This document shows positions 1 through 12,190 of a stretch of 40,000 nucleotides of DNA, piece after piece. Made by a program: the position numbers and the translations under genes. Within the stretch, counting starts at the first letter, position 1. Each line of letters opens with the position of its first letter. Below the pieces are notes generated by a model that was not told where the DNA came from, made no database searches, and worked only from the letters and a program-made list of their open reading frames with translations. This DNA is from Colwellia sp. GTDB taxonomy: Bacteria > Pseudomonadota > Gammaproteobacteria > Enterobacterales > Alteromonadaceae. Where the stretch lies: assembly GCA_020630795.1 (NCBI GenBank), contig JAHDIK010000001.1:22341-62340 (forward strand), given 5' to 3'.

Positions 1-11
1 GTGTATTAAGG

Positions 12-167
12 CTATTCGTTGTTCTCAGCTTTTTTTTGCAATTCTACTTGTTGTAAACGCCATTCTTTTAGGTCTTTATAATAAAAGTCCCATACACAAG
101 GATTACAGGCATTTTCACAACATGAACCGTCTGCAGGAGGTGTTGGTTTTTCAAGAGGCTTAGACAT
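12..167 (-). CDS. small Cys-rich protein, oxidoreductase-like domain family (51 aa)
   Basis: Own minus-strand translation gives MSKPLEKPTPPADGSCCENACNPCVWDFYYKDLKEWRLQQVELQKKAENNE. ATG is at 167-165 and TAG at 14-12. The CC..C..CVW motif is typical of the small Oxidored-like domain. It is too short for the supplied ORF track. Confidence 0.5.
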   Translation of the reverse strand: MSKPLEKPTPPADGSCCENACNPCVWDFYYKDLKEWRLQQVELQKKAENNE

Positions 168-202
168 AAACATTAACTACCTTAATAATGAACACCTATT
201 AT

Positions 203-230
203 AAATAAAAAACCCTGCAAATGCAGGGTT
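203..230 (-). terminator. rho-independent terminator downstream of accC
   Basis: Stem ccctgc/gcaggg (213-218 with 223-228), followed on the minus strand by a T-run (complement of 201-212). Confidence 0.6.
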
Positions 231-256
231 AGTAAATCGGTATTCTTAAACGTTAA

Positions 257-1603
257 TTATTCGCTTTCGGAAAGTTTCTTTTCCAAGTAGTGAATATTAG
301 CGCCGCCATTAACGAAGCCTTGATCGTTTAATATATCGGTATGTAGCGTAATGTTGGTTTTAATTCCATCGATAACCAACTCACTTAATGCATTTCTCAT
401 ACGTGCTATTGCTACATCACGGTTGTCACCGTAAGTAATGAGTTTCCCTACCATTGAATCGTAATGTGGTGGTACTGAGTAATCAGCATAAATATGAGAG
501 TCCCATCTTACGCCCATGCCTCCTGGAGGATGAAAGCGAGTAATTTTTCCTGGTGAAGGAATAAAACTACGTGGATCTTCGGCATTAATACGACATTCGA
601 TTGCATGACCTGAAATTTTAATATCGTCTTGTGTGTACGATAAAGGTTGACCAGCTGCTACACGAAGTTGTTCTTTGATTAAATCAACGCCAGTGATCAT
701 TTCTGTTACCGGATGCTCAACTTGAATACGTGTATTCATTTCAATGAAGTAAAATTCACCGTTTTCATACAAGAACTCAAATGTTCCCGCACCACGATAG
801 TCAATTTCGATACAAGCTCTACAACAGCGCTCACCAATTTGCTGACGCATTGTAGGGGTAATACCCGGTGCTGGCGCTTCTTCAACAACTTTTTGATGGC
901 GACGTTGCATAGAACAATCTCGCTCACCTAAATGAATTGCACCACCTTGACCATCAGCCATTACTTGAATTTCAACGTGACGAGGGTTTTCTAGGAATTT
1001 CTCCATGTAAACCATGTCGTTGTTAAACGTAACGCGAGCTTCGTTCTTTGTTAAGGCAATTGCTTCAATTAACTCTTCTTCGGCACGAACAACACGCATA
1101 CCACGTCCGCCACCGCCACCTGAAGCTTTAATAATTACTGGGTAACCAATACGTTTAGCGTGCGCTAAATTCGTTTTTTCGTCATCAGTTAACGGTCCGT
1201 CAGAACCCGGAACACAAGGAACACCAGCAGCTTTCATTGCTTTAATTGCAGAAACTTTATCACCCATTAGGCGAATGCTTTCGGCTGTAGGTCCAATAAA
1301 CGCAAAACCAGACTTTTCTACTTGTTCTGCAAAGTCAGCGTTCTCTGCTAAGAAACCATATCCAGGATGAATCGCTACAGCGTCAGTTACTTCAGCTGCC
1401 GTTATAATTGCTGGAATATTTAAATAACTTTCCATTGCAGAAGGCTTACCAATACATATGGTTTCATCTGCTAATAAAACGTGTTTTAAATTTTTATCAG
1501 CGGTTGAATGTACAGCAACGGTTTTTATACCTAACTCTTTACAAGCGCGTAATATTCTTAATGCTATTTCGCCTCTGTTGGCGATAACTACTTTATCTAA
1601 CAT
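257..1603 (-). CDS. accC: acetyl-CoA carboxylase biotin carboxylase subunit
   Basis: 448-aa ORF with the ATP-grasp biotin carboxylase sequence ([33 protein letters not shown]..., GGGGRGMR). It lies directly downstream of accB. Confidence 0.97.
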   Translation of the reverse strand: MLDKVVIANRGEIALRILRACKELGIKTVAVHSTADKNLKHVLLADETICIGKPSAMESYLNIPAIITAAEVTDAVAIHPGYGFLAENADFAEQVEKSGFAFIGPTAESIRLMGDKVSAIKAMKAAGVPCVPGSDGPLTDDEKTNLAHAKRIGYPVIIKASGGGGGRGMRVVRAEEELIEAIALTKNEARVTFNNDMVYMEKFLENPRHVEIQVMADGQGGAIHLGERDCSMQRRHQKVVEEAPAPGITPTMRQQIGERCCRACIEIDYRGAGTFEFLYENGEFYFIEMNTRIQVEHPVTEMITGVDLIKEQLRVAAGQPLSYTQDDIKISGHAIECRINAEDPRSFIPSPGKITRFHPPGGMGVRWDSHIYADYSVPPHYDSMVGKLITYGDNRDVAIARMRNALSELVIDGIKTNITLHTDILNDQGFVNGGANIHYLEKKLSESE

Positions 1604-1626
1604 GAAAGTACCCTTTTTGGTTGGGC

Positions 1627-2079
1627 TTATTCAATGATGAATAGCGGTTGGTCAAATTCAATAGCATCTTCATTTTGAGCAAGAATTTCTTTAATTACGC
1701 CTGACTTATCAGCTTCAATTTGGTTCATCATCTTCATTGCTTCAACAATACATAGAGTATCGCCAGCGTTTACGTGTTGACCCACTTCTACAAATGCAGG
1801 AGCGTCAGGAGATGAAGATGAGTAAAAAGTACCAACCATTGGAGAGCGAATTACATGGCCTGAAACTACAGGAGCAGCTTCACTAACAGCAGTCGCTGCT
1901 GCAGCTGCAACAGGAGCTGCTGCAACTGAAATTGGCGCAGGAGCTACTGAAGGAGCAGTATGAACCACTGATGCACCACGGCTAATTCTTACTGACTCTT
2001 CACCTTCTGCGATTTCTAACTCATTGATGCCTGACTCTTCTACAAGCTCGATAAGTTTTTTAATTTTGCGAATATCCAT
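1627..2079 (-). CDS. accB: acetyl-CoA carboxylase biotin carboxyl carrier protein
   Basis: 150-aa ORF with an Ala/Pro-rich linker and the biotinylation motif EAMKMMN. Sits in the accB-accC operon arrangement. Confidence 0.95.
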   Translation of the reverse strand: MDIRKIKKLIELVEESGINELEIAEGEESVRISRGASVVHTAPSVAPAPISVAAAPVAAAAATAVSEAAPVVSGHVIRSPMVGTFYSSSSPDAPAFVEVGQHVNAGDTLCIVEAMKMMNQIEADKSGVIKEILAQNEDAIEFDQPLFIIE

Positions 2080-2144
2080 GTTGTGTACCTTTGTTCGTTT
2101 TTTATAATGATGTATGAAGTTAGCTTGTTACAACGTTAAGCAAA

Positions 2145-2609
2145 CTATTTAAAATCTTGTTGTTTATTAAGTAAATAATCATTCGCAGCATGTAACGCGA
2201 ATGTATAACCATTTGTTCCTAAACCGCAAATAACGCCAACTGCTACATCAGACAAATAAGAATGATGTCTGAACTGTTCACGAGCATGAACATTCGATAA
2301 GTGAACCTCAATAAAAGGTATATTTACCGATAACAGTGCATCCCTTAACGCTACGCTAGTATGAGTAAAGGCTGCAGGATTGATAATAATAAAATCAACC
2401 TTGTTATGTGCCTTATGTATAGCGTCGATAAGTTCATGTTCTGCATTTGATTGAACATGCGACAGTGATATTGAGTTTTGGCTAGCTGTTTTGGTGATAT
2501 CTTCAACAATGTCATCTAACGAGGAGGATCCATAGATCTCAGGCTCTCGTTTGCCTAACATGTTTAAGTTAGGACCGTTCAATAATAAAATGCTGAACTT
2601 TGTCGACAT
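2145..2609 (-). CDS. aroQ: type II 3-dehydroquinate dehydratase
   Basis: 154-aa ORF ([20 protein letters not shown]..., [15 protein letters not shown]) in the conserved aroQ-accB-accC order. Confidence 0.93.
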   Translation of the reverse strand: MSTKFSILLLNGPNLNMLGKREPEIYGSSSLDDIVEDITKTASQNSISLSHVQSNAEHELIDAIHKAHNKVDFIIINPAAFTHTSVALRDALLSVNIPFIEVHLSNVHAREQFRHHSYLSDVAVGVICGLGTNGYTFALHAANDYLLNKQQDFK

Positions 2610-3018
2610 AATCTTTAAAACATCCGTGATATTGTAGTGAAAGCTTATAATTACATATTTGTGTAACGTGTAAAAGGTTATTCACCAAAAAAATCATAAA
2701 TATGGTTAATTGGACGATTATTATAGTGTTTTCGCAGAATTTAGCAGCTAAATACTGGTCTAACCTCTTTTAAGGGTAAAAAGATCCCTTTTTTTTTGCG
2801 ATTTCCATAATATTTACTAGAATTATTGGCAAGGAAGTAAACTGTTAATCTATTGATTTTTAATGTATTGCAATCTCGTTGTGAGTCAGTGCATAATCTC
2901 GCTTTCAACGTAATCGTCCAGTAGTGGTATTTATAAGGATATTGTTATTACTCAATTTTTTCTTAAAATCTGCATAGTATTATTTATCTTAATTAGCTTT
3001 AAGTCTCATAGTATTCAT

Positions 3019-3369
3019 GTGATTAGCCACAAGTCTGTTGAAGTTGAATCGCTTTCATCATCGCAACTAAGGCGTATTTATTCGATGCGTCAGGTTCGTT
3101 GGGCTAATGACAAAGCCATTGTCGTTTTTGTTTTACCTAGTCAGCACTCAGTGCATAAAATTTTCTCGAAAGATATGTTGCATATCTTTCCATATCAGTT
3201 AGATCGTATTTGGAAGAAACTAACGTTTTCTGGATTAGGCGTATCGCCAAGGATAGTTAAGTCTCAAGCTGAGCTAATTATAGCTGTGCGTACCACGCCA
3301 GGTGCAATCGGTTATGTTGAGGCCTTAGATAAGGAAGAGCATATTAATGTTATTAAAGTTACAAAATAA
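3019..3369 (+). CDS. periplasmic substrate-binding-like (PBP-like/PstS-like) domain protein; 5' end uncertain
   Basis: 116-aa ORF from GTG. The in-frame upstream sequence 2947-3018 encodes a signal-peptide-like hydrophobic stretch without a canonical start. The ORF overlaps the next gene by 23 nt. Confidence 0.5.
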   Translation: MISHKSVEVESLSSSQLRRIYSMRQVRWANDKAIVVFVLPSQHSVHKIFSKDMLHIFPYQLDRIWKKLTFSGLGVSPRIVKSQAELIIAVRTTPGAIGYVEALDKEEHINVIKVTK

Positions 3370-4582
3370 TTTCGCTACATTGGCTAACACGAAGCTGATT
3401 GCAATCATTTTGTGTAGTTGCTTTATGTATGTGGGTGAATTATCAGCCGAAGAAAAGTCGTTTGCAGATAAAATTAATTTACATGGTTTTGTTGCACAAG
3501 GGTTAATTGATGTAAGTGGCAGTAATTATGTTGATGACGAAGAGGGTATTTCGTACAAATTAACTGAAATCGGGCTTAATGCGTCATATCAGGTGTCACC
3601 CAACGTTCGCTTGGCAGGGCAGGCTGTATATTTAAACGGAGGTAATCGATATAACGAAGGTGTGCGTATCGATCACCTGTTGTTAGAGTGGGCATTGTTT
3701 AACAATGAACACTGGCAAACTAACTTATATTTAGGTCGCATTAAAAATTATCATTGGTTGTATTCAAGTACACGCGATGTACCGATGACACGCCCAACTA
3801 TTATTCTTTCGCAATCTGTATATTTTGATGGCACACGAGATATGTCGGTAGGCGGAAATGGTGGGGCGATTACCACACGCTATTCATCAGAGTCTATTGG
3901 TGATGTTGATTTTAATGTGAGTGTTGGTTTTTCACCTATTTCTAGCAAGCAAACCAATTTGCTTATGGGGAGTGCTTCTACCGGGAAGCTAACACATGAA
4001 GAAGATTTTCAAGCCAGTATATATTGGCGCCCTAATTTATCTCCTTGGAAGTTCGGGTTGGCTACTACTATCGCTGACTTTACTTACAAGCGCGGAAAAA
4101 ATGATGTTTTTCAAGAAGGGATGTTAGCGTTAGAGCGAATTTATGCAAACGCAGAATATCAAGGAGAATTATGGTCATTTAGTGCCGAAGTAGTACAAGA
4201 GAAAAAAGTGTTGAATGGCTTTTTGTTCCCAGGGTTTATTAGCGATACAACAGGCCAAGGTGGGTTTGTTCAGTCTCGCTATCGTGTATCTCCAAACTTA
4301 CAATTGTTAGGGCGTTATGAACATTATTATGCAGATAAAAATGATAAAAGCGGTAAGATATTAGAAGTTTCATCAAATGGTGCTGTTCCACGTTATTTCG
4401 GTTATCAAAATGATTTAACCATTGGTATTAATTACGACTTGTCGTCTAATATGCAAGTACAGTTTGAGTACCATGCAATTAAAGGTACGGCCCGATTAAC
4501 GCCTGTACTTATTCCTGACCCTGCCACCAATAAAAAAGAAAATTGGGATCTGTGGGCACTTCAGTTTATGTACTGGTTTTAA
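3347..4582 (+). CDS. outer-membrane beta-barrel (porin-like) protein
   Basis: 411-aa ORF with an N-terminal signal peptide (LIAIILCSCFMYVGELSA-EE). It has alternating beta-strand-like composition and a C-terminal aromatic residue (..FMYWF) typical of outer-membrane proteins. Confidence 0.5.
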   Translation: MLLKLQNNFATLANTKLIAIILCSCFMYVGELSAEEKSFADKINLHGFVAQGLIDVSGSNYVDDEEGISYKLTEIGLNASYQVSPNVRLAGQAVYLNGGNRYNEGVRIDHLLLEWALFNNEHWQTNLYLGRIKNYHWLYSSTRDVPMTRPTIILSQSVYFDGTRDMSVGGNGGAITTRYSSESIGDVDFNVSVGFSPISSKQTNLLMGSASTGKLTHEEDFQASIYWRPNLSPWKFGLATTIADFTYKRGKNDVFQEGMLALERIYANAEYQGELWSFSAEVVQEKKVLNGFLFPGFISDTTGQGGFVQSRYRVSPNLQLLGRYEHYYADKNDKSGKILEVSSNGAVPRYFGYQNDLTIGINYDLSSNMQVQFEYHAIKGTARLTPVLIPDPATNKKENWDLWALQFMYWF

Positions 4583-4585
4583 ACG

Positions 4586-7018
4586 ATGAAGGGGATTTTT
4601 GTACGTGTTCCAACGAAGTTACTATTTTTAGTTGTTGGGGCGTTGTTAATTTTAAGTATTGGTTTTTCAGTACTTTCTTTATCGCGTCTGAATGCAGAGT
4701 TTAAAGCGTATCAAGCCGACACTTTAATTCAAGGTCAGCAACAATTTGCACTTCATGAACAAACTCTCCGTGACAAACTACACGTATGGTTAGAGTCTTT
4801 TGCCGACGTAGTTCATTTGAGTGAAAAAGATGATTTTACTGAATTAACAGAACAGTTATCGCTTCAATTCGATGCACTTCAACTTCACCACAATGTAGAA
4901 AATATGTGGTTAATCGATAGCAAAAAAAACATCTTATATAACTCTAGCTCTACACCTTATTATGTTTTAAATAGCGTAAACAAAACGTTAGACGTACAAG
5001 AGCCTCAGCAGCAATTGCACTGCGAATTGTATTGTGAACAACTCCTAACCGTTCCTCTGTTAAACAAGCAGGGAGATATGGTGGTTATTGCTTTATCAGT
5101 GTCTTTAGTTGATATGATTTATGCGATTAATCAATCCATTAAAAGTGAAATTGCCGTAGTAAGTTTCTCAAAGCAACCAGACGCAAAGTTATACGAAGCG
5201 CAATTTGTGTCTGCTTCAGATACCGACCTCATGCAAAGCTTGTTTATAAAGCAACAAAACAATACCAATATTGAGCAAATTAAAAAAACAGGCGTCCAAA
5301 TAGACGTGTTAGAAAATAGCTATCTTATTAATTTAATGGAGTTAGCAACTAACAATCAACGAGCGTTTTATATGGCGATTATTGATGATGTAACGCCTAT
5401 TACCCAAGAGTACAGCCAATATAGAACTCAATTTCTTTTATCAGCCATTATTATATTTTTTGTACTTGCGGCCTTGGTGTATTTTGTTTCTAGTCCAGTT
5501 ACCAAAAGATTACTCGTTCTGTCTAATGCGCTGCCACTGTTAGCAAGTAAAGAGTTCGACCAATTTAGACGTATTGAGCTTAAGCGAAACCGTTTTTTTT
5601 CTGATGAACTAGATGTTTTGTCGGACGCGTCAACAGAACTGAGTTATGAGTTAGAACAGCTTAATATTGAGATTGAACAAAAGACAAAAGAGCTAGAAAA
5701 CATCGCAATGTATGATTTGTTAACCGGTTTACCCAATCGAAATATGCTGAATTATCAATTGAGAAAATCGGTGGCAAACCTTTCTCAGTTTCAGCGTAAA
5801 GTAGCCGTATTGTTTTTAGATTTGGATGATTTTAAGAAGGTTAATGATAGTCATGGGCATGGAGAGGGTGATCGACTTCTTATCGAGGCTGCTAATCGCG
5901 TAAGGTTAAGTATTCGTAATGTTGATATAGCTTGTCGATTTGGTGGGGATGAGTTTGTTGTTGTATTGGGGCAAATAGAATCGGTACAAGAAGCAGAGCA
6001 AGTTGCGGAAGATATTTTACAGCGTTTCAAAACACCTATTAAAATAGGTAGTAGCATCTTTTATGTTTCTACCAGTATTGGTATTGCGTATACCGATGAT
6101 AAACTCATAAAAGCCGAAGAGTTAATAAGCTGGGCTGATATTGCGATGTACGAAGCGAAAGACGGTGGCGGTTCTCAGTATCACGTTTATCATCCTGAAA
6201 TGTACCAACGTGTAGCTCATCGAGTTATGTTGGAGGGAGAAGTTAGACAGGCACTTGCTAAAAATCAATTCAGTTTGAGCTTACAGCCTCAACTTGTTGC
6301 GGCAAATAAAAAAATCTATGGTTTTGAAGCATTATTACGTTGGCAGCATCCTGTTAGAGGAATGATTTCACCTGATGATTTTATTCCTATTCTGGAAAAT
6401 TCGGCGCATATGATTGAGTTAGGATATTGGATTATTAGACGGTGCTTTGAATTGGCAGTAGACATCCAAAAGCAAGGTTTAACAGGCGCTCGTATTGCAA
6501 TAAACCTATCGGCAGGGCAATTTGTTGACCAAAACTTACCGAGCTTCTTACAAGGTTTGCTTGTAGAGTTTTCATTACCTGCATCATCTTTTGAATTGGA
6601 ACTTACAGAGCAAACACTTGTTAAAAACGTTGAGCATACCATTCAAATGATGGAAACATTGAAAGGGTTAGGCTTTAGTTTTGCCATTGATGATTTTGGA
6701 ACAGGTTATTCGTCACTTGCTTATTTAAAGCAGATGCCTGTAGATGTGATTAAAATCGATAAAAGCTTTATTTTTGGTATGTTAGAAAATCACTCAGACT
6801 ACCAGATTATTATGTCTACAATCGCTATGGTTAAAAACTTAGGACTAACAGTTGTCGCAGAGGGGGTTGAAACCAGCGCTCAATTGAGAAGTTTAATGCA
6901 AAACGATTGTGATTTGATACAAGGTTACTATTTTTCTAAGCCTGTCCCAGAAGCAGAGCTAATGGACTTTATCGACAATCAAATAGTTGATAACCATTGG
7001 AAGACTCAAGCGCACTAA
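4586..7018 (+). CDS. membrane sensor diguanylate cyclase/phosphodiesterase (GGDEF-EAL)
   Basis: 810-aa ORF with two TM segments flanking a periplasmic domain and a coiled coil. The GGDEF motif (CRFGGDEFVVV) and EAL motif (YGFEALLRW) are both intact. Confidence 0.9.
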   Translation: MKGIFVRVPTKLLFLVVGALLILSIGFSVLSLSRLNAEFKAYQADTLIQGQQQFALHEQTLRDKLHVWLESFADVVHLSEKDDFTELTEQLSLQFDALQLHHNVENMWLIDSKKNILYNSSSTPYYVLNSVNKTLDVQEPQQQLHCELYCEQLLTVPLLNKQGDMVVIALSVSLVDMIYAINQSIKSEIAVVSFSKQPDAKLYEAQFVSASDTDLMQSLFIKQQNNTNIEQIKKTGVQIDVLENSYLINLMELATNNQRAFYMAIIDDVTPITQEYSQYRTQFLLSAIIIFFVLAALVYFVSSPVTKRLLVLSNALPLLASKEFDQFRRIELKRNRFFSDELDVLSDASTELSYELEQLNIEIEQKTKELENIAMYDLLTGLPNRNMLNYQLRKSVANLSQFQRKVAVLFLDLDDFKKVNDSHGHGEGDRLLIEAANRVRLSIRNVDIACRFGGDEFVVVLGQIESVQEAEQVAEDILQRFKTPIKIGSSIFYVSTSIGIAYTDDKLIKAEELISWADIAMYEAKDGGGSQYHVYHPEMYQRVAHRVMLEGEVRQALAKNQFSLSLQPQLVAANKKIYGFEALLRWQHPVRGMISPDDFIPILENSAHMIELGYWIIRRCFELAVDIQKQGLTGARIAINLSAGQFVDQNLPSFLQGLLVEFSLPASSFELELTEQTLVKNVEHTIQMMETLKGLGFSFAIDDFGTGYSSLAYLKQMPVDVIKIDKSFIFGMLENHSDYQIIMSTIAMVKNLGLTVVAEGVETSAQLRSLMQNDCDLIQGYYFSKPVPEAELMDFIDNQIVDNHWKTQAH

Positions 7019-7153
7019 TAAGTCGTTGTACAGAATTCCCAGAAACAGAGTCTGGAATAGCAAAATATCTAGTACCTATTAACGTAAAGTTAAAGGTTAA
7101 GTACATGGAGATGATGCACTTAACCTCAATTCACCTTTCTTAGTTTGTTTAAT

Positions 7154-9007
7154 CTAGAGAATTTTATTTAATAGCGCAGAAAAGTCTTCTGCATTCATAA
7201 AACCGGTCACTCTATTCTGAGTAAGCTCTTCACCTTGTTTGTTAAAAAACAAGATGGAAGGTAAGCCGAAGACCTCAAATTTACCCATAAGTTCAACGCT
7301 TTCATCTGAACCCGTGTCGGTTAAGTCTACTTGTATCATTACCGTATTTTTAAGCGCTTCTTTCACAATAGGCGCACTAAATGTGTAATGTTCAAACTCT
7401 TTACATGCAATACACCAGTCAGCATACAAATCAACCATTACCGTTTTACCCGCTTTGTTTGCATCAATAACGGCTTGCTCAAGTTCGGCAACATTTTTAA
7501 CCATTTTAAAGGTGTTTTCATGTTCCTCAGATTTAGTGTTAGCAGTACTTTGAGTGCTTACTATATTTTGAGTAGGAAAGGCTAGCTGATATGCCAGCAT
7601 AGCGCCGTAAAACATCACTAAAAATATCAGTAACGCACGTACACCATGCCAAAAATTGGCTGTCGTGTTTTTGTTTGTCACGTAAAAATAAGTTGCGGTT
7701 GCAAGTATTAATACTACCCATAACACTTGTGTCACTATCATTGGAACAATTCTGTCTAATAAGAAAATCGGTACGGCGAGTAGTAATAAACCGAAAATAT
7801 TTTTGATAATGTTCATCCAGCCGCCTGCTTTTGGTAGTAATTTACCGCCAGAGCTACCTAAAATTAATAGTGGAAGACCCATACCTAAGCTAAGTGCATA
7901 TAATGCTGATGCGCCCAGTACAATGTCTCCTGTTTGAGAAATGTAAAGTAATGCTCCTGTCAACGGAGCGGTAGTGCAAGGTGAAGCCACTAGACCAGAA
8001 ATTACGCCCATACTTACTACACCTAATACAGAGCCACCTTTTTGTTTATTGCTAATATCATTGAGCTTGTTTTGCCAGCTGCTTGGCAACGCTAAGTTAA
8101 ATACACCAAACATAGAAAGCGCCAAAAATATGAACAAAACACTCAAACCAATCAACACGTATGGATGCTGAAAAGCCGCTTGAAATTGCGCGCCAGCAAG
8201 CGCTACAACAATACCTAAAATGGTATAAGTAATCGCCATACCTTGTACGTAGAAGAACGACAACGTAAATGCTTTTTTAGTGGTTAACTCTTTCCCTTGA
8301 CCAACAATAATACCTGTTAGAATAGGGTACATAGGAAATACGCAAGGCGTAAACGAAAGCAATAAGCCGCCAATAAAAAAAGCAACCAAAGTTAACCATA
8401 AACTGTCTTGCTTAAGCATGTCTGCTAGTTGGTGTTGCTCACTTTTTTCTGCTGTTTCTGTTAAAGGTGCAGCATCGCCTGAATTGTTTTCAGTATTGGT
8501 ATCTGTTCCCGTTAATGCGCTCATAACATTTGCTTGATTCGCACTAACTTGGCTTAAATCAACGGTCTTTCTTGTAGGTGGGTAGCATAACCCTTTTACA
8601 GCACAACCTTGATATCGAATAGTTAACGTAGGGTTCGACTGTGTGCTTTCAATATCAATTGTAAATGCTAACGATTCAGTAAAAACTTTCTGAACGCCAA
8701 AAAACTCATCTTCATGATCTTCGCCTACAGGTAAAACTACCTCGGCAATGGTTGTATTTGTTGGTTTAAATTTAAATTGATGACGATAAAGGTAATATCC
8801 TTCTTCAATATCAAACGTAACTTTTAATTTATTGTCTTGTTGATGAAAATTGAAGCGAAAGGCTTCATCTACTTTTAAAAATTCATCGTCATTACTGAAT
8901 AGTGAAGGAGATGAAACATCAAAAATTGAATCTTGTGCAGTAACTTGTGTCGTTAATAAAAACAGGCTAAAAAAGCTTAGCCATAATAATGAAGTAAGTT
9001 TTCTCAT
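7154..9007 (-). CDS. dsbD: thiol:disulfide interchange protein DsbD
   Basis: 617-aa ORF with a signal peptide, a multi-TM core with Cys residues (FTPCVFPM, ASPCTTAPL) and a C-terminal thioredoxin fold (WCIACK). It overlaps cutA by 4 nt. Confidence 0.9.
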   Translation of the reverse strand: MRKLTSLLWLSFFSLFLLTTQVTAQDSIFDVSSPSLFSNDDEFLKVDEAFRFNFHQQDNKLKVTFDIEEGYYLYRHQFKFKPTNTTIAEVVLPVGEDHEDEFFGVQKVFTESLAFTIDIESTQSNPTLTIRYQGCAVKGLCYPPTRKTVDLSQVSANQANVMSALTGTDTNTENNSGDAAPLTETAEKSEQHQLADMLKQDSLWLTLVAFFIGGLLLSFTPCVFPMYPILTGIIVGQGKELTTKKAFTLSFFYVQGMAITYTILGIVVALAGAQFQAAFQHPYVLIGLSVLFIFLALSMFGVFNLALPSSWQNKLNDISNKQKGGSVLGVVSMGVISGLVASPCTTAPLTGALLYISQTGDIVLGASALYALSLGMGLPLLILGSSGGKLLPKAGGWMNIIKNIFGLLLLAVPIFLLDRIVPMIVTQVLWVVLILATATYFYVTNKNTTANFWHGVRALLIFLVMFYGAMLAYQLAFPTQNIVSTQSTANTKSEEHENTFKMVKNVAELEQAVIDANKAGKTVMVDLYADWCIACKEFEHYTFSAPIVKEALKNTVMIQVDLTDTGSDESVELMGKFEVFGLPSILFFNKQGEELTQNRVTGFMNAEDFSALLNKIL

Positions 9008-9327
9008 AATACAGATTTGGTTGACTCATTAATCCAGTGTAAATAATTGTCATCGCCTTGCTGGATGTTCATGGCAATAATTTCAGGTGTCTCATAAGGG
9101 TGTAATTCGTGTATTTTAGCGGAAATACCACTAAATAAATCACTGGTTGCTTTAATGACTAATTGTAACTCATCGTCAAACTGCAGTTCATCTTCCCAAG
9201 TGTAAACAGACGTTACATTAGGAATAATATTTACGCACGCAGCTAACTTTTTAGTAACTAACGTTTTCGCAATTAATGAAGCCACATCACGAGATGGGCA
9301 TGTACAAAGTATGACTTGAAACATCAT
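9004..9327 (-). CDS. cutA: divalent-cation tolerance protein CutA
   Basis: CutA-like sequence (VILCTCPSRDVASLIAKTLVTKKLAACVNI...YTWEDEL). I chose the ATG-ATG at 9327 rather than the ORF-track start at 9372. The gene uses TGA as its stop. Confidence 0.85.
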   Translation of the reverse strand: MMFQVILCTCPSRDVASLIAKTLVTKKLAACVNIIPNVTSVYTWEDELQFDDELQLVIKATSDLFSGISAKIHELHPYETPEIIAMNIQQGDDNYLHWINESTKSVL

Positions 9328-9492
9328 AAACTTAACCTTAACAAATACCTGATATTCTTGGTTTGATCTCAATGAACAAAGCTTACGCTATTCACTTAAA
9401 TCTTAGTAGTTTAAATGCAGTGCACTTGAACCTTGCTTGAAAAAGACCTGACAAACCCCATATATGTTTCATTAAATAATAGAGAGATTATT

Positions 9493-9993
9493 ATGTTTAG
9501 GTTTTTGTTCCTCCTATTTATTGTTATACCCATTATTGAAATTGCGCTGTTAATGCAGATAGGACAATGGATTGGCGTATGGCCAACTATTGCTATTGTT
9601 ATTATTACTGCTTGGTTGGGCGCAAAAAATGTAAAGCAGCAAGGTATCTCTACGTTAAATTCTGTTCAAACTAAAATGGCTCAAGGGCAAGCTCCGTCAG
9701 AGGAAATAGTTTCAGGCTTAATGTTACTTATTGCTGGCGTTTTATTGTTAACACCAGGGTTTGCGACCGATATCTTTGGTTTGTCTTTACTCATACCTTC
9801 ATTTCGCAAAGGTATTGTTAAAGTGTTCCAAAAAAATGTACCTACACAAACGTTTACTGGTGGAGGGTTTCAATATCACTCTCAACATGAACAGCCGGTT
9901 AACGATGACTTTTTTAGAGAACCAGATAAAAAAGATCCGAGTTCACGCCATCAGGGCCAAATACTTGATGGAGAATTTGAGCGTAAAGAATAA
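9493..9993 (+). CDS. fxsA: FxsA family membrane protein
   Basis: MFRFLFLLFIVIPIIEIALLMQIG... is typical of the FxsA N-terminus. I chose the start at the internal ATG 9493. The gene keeps its conserved position upstream of groES. Confidence 0.8.
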   Translation: MFRFLFLLFIVIPIIEIALLMQIGQWIGVWPTIAIVIITAWLGAKNVKQQGISTLNSVQTKMAQGQAPSEEIVSGLMLLIAGVLLLTPGFATDIFGLSLLIPSFRKGIVKVFQKNVPTQTFTGGGFQYHSQHEQPVNDDFFREPDKKDPSSRHQGQILDGEFERKE

Positions 9994-10010
9994 AAAAAAT
10001 TTTACAGGGG

Positions 10011-10038
10011 CTTGTGAAGAATTTTTTAGGCCCCATCT
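10011..10038 (+). promoter_or_regulatory. sigma32 (heat-shock) promoter of groES-groEL
   Basis: cttgtgaa at 10011-10018 and ccccatct at 10031-10038 match the sigma32 consensus CTTGAA ... CCCCATNT at appropriate spacing. The site is about 55 nt upstream of groES. Confidence 0.65.
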
Positions 10039-10093
10039 CTGAATCAACAAAGAATTTAAACCCTATTAAAGAAAATCGTCTCAGGAGAAAGAA

Positions 10094-10384
10094 ATGAGTA
10101 TTCGTCCATTACATGATCGCGTAATTATTAAACGTAAAGAAGTAGAATCAAAGTCTGCTGGTGGCATCGTATTAACAGGTAGTGCCGCTGAAAAATCTAC
10201 ACGTGGTGAAGTAGTAGCAGTAGGTAACGGCCGTATTTTAGAAAATGGCGAAGTACGTGCGCTAGACGTAAAAGTTGGCGACCAAGTTATTTTTAGTGAA
10301 GGCTATGGCGTTAAAACTGAAAAAATTGATGGTGAAGAAGTACTAATTTTAAGTGAAGCAGACATCTTAGCGATTGTTGAATAA
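10094..10384 (+). CDS. groES: co-chaperonin GroES
   Basis: 96-aa [37 protein letters not shown]... Confidence 0.97.
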   Translation: MSIRPLHDRVIIKRKEVESKSAGGIVLTGSAAEKSTRGEVVAVGNGRILENGEVRALDVKVGDQVIFSEGYGVKTEKIDGEEVLILSEADILAIVE

Positions 10385-10445
10385 TTCACACAATAAACTG
10401 ATTTCAAACGCATTGTATAAACGATGCATTAGATAGATACATTGA

Positions 10446-12107
<1,662 letters not shown>

Positions 12108-12151
12108 TCATCACCCCTTAGTTTCAGCGAAACACATGTTGTTTCAAAAGT

Positions 12152-12190
12152 CCTGTAGATGTTGTTTTTACAGGGCTTTTTTGTTTTTGG
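12152..12190 (+). terminator. rho-independent terminator of groESL
   Basis: Stem cctgta (12152-12157) pairs with tacagg (12169-12174), followed by gcttttttgttttt. Confidence 0.7.

Noticed and set aside
713-931. Track ORFs 713-931(+) and 736-927(-) inside accC
   Set aside because: They are fully embedded in the strongly supported accC frame, and their translations have no recognisable features.
5851-9032. Short track ORFs within or antisense to the GGDEF-EAL gene and dsbD (5851-6057, 6316-6642, 7331-7585, 7539-7721, 7974-8171, 8850-9032)
   Set aside because: They are embedded in well-supported genes and have no independent signals.
9761-10042. Track ORF 9761-10042(+) overlapping the fxsA 3' end
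   Set aside because: It is an alternative frame of fxsA that runs through the groES sigma32 promoter, and it has no start context.
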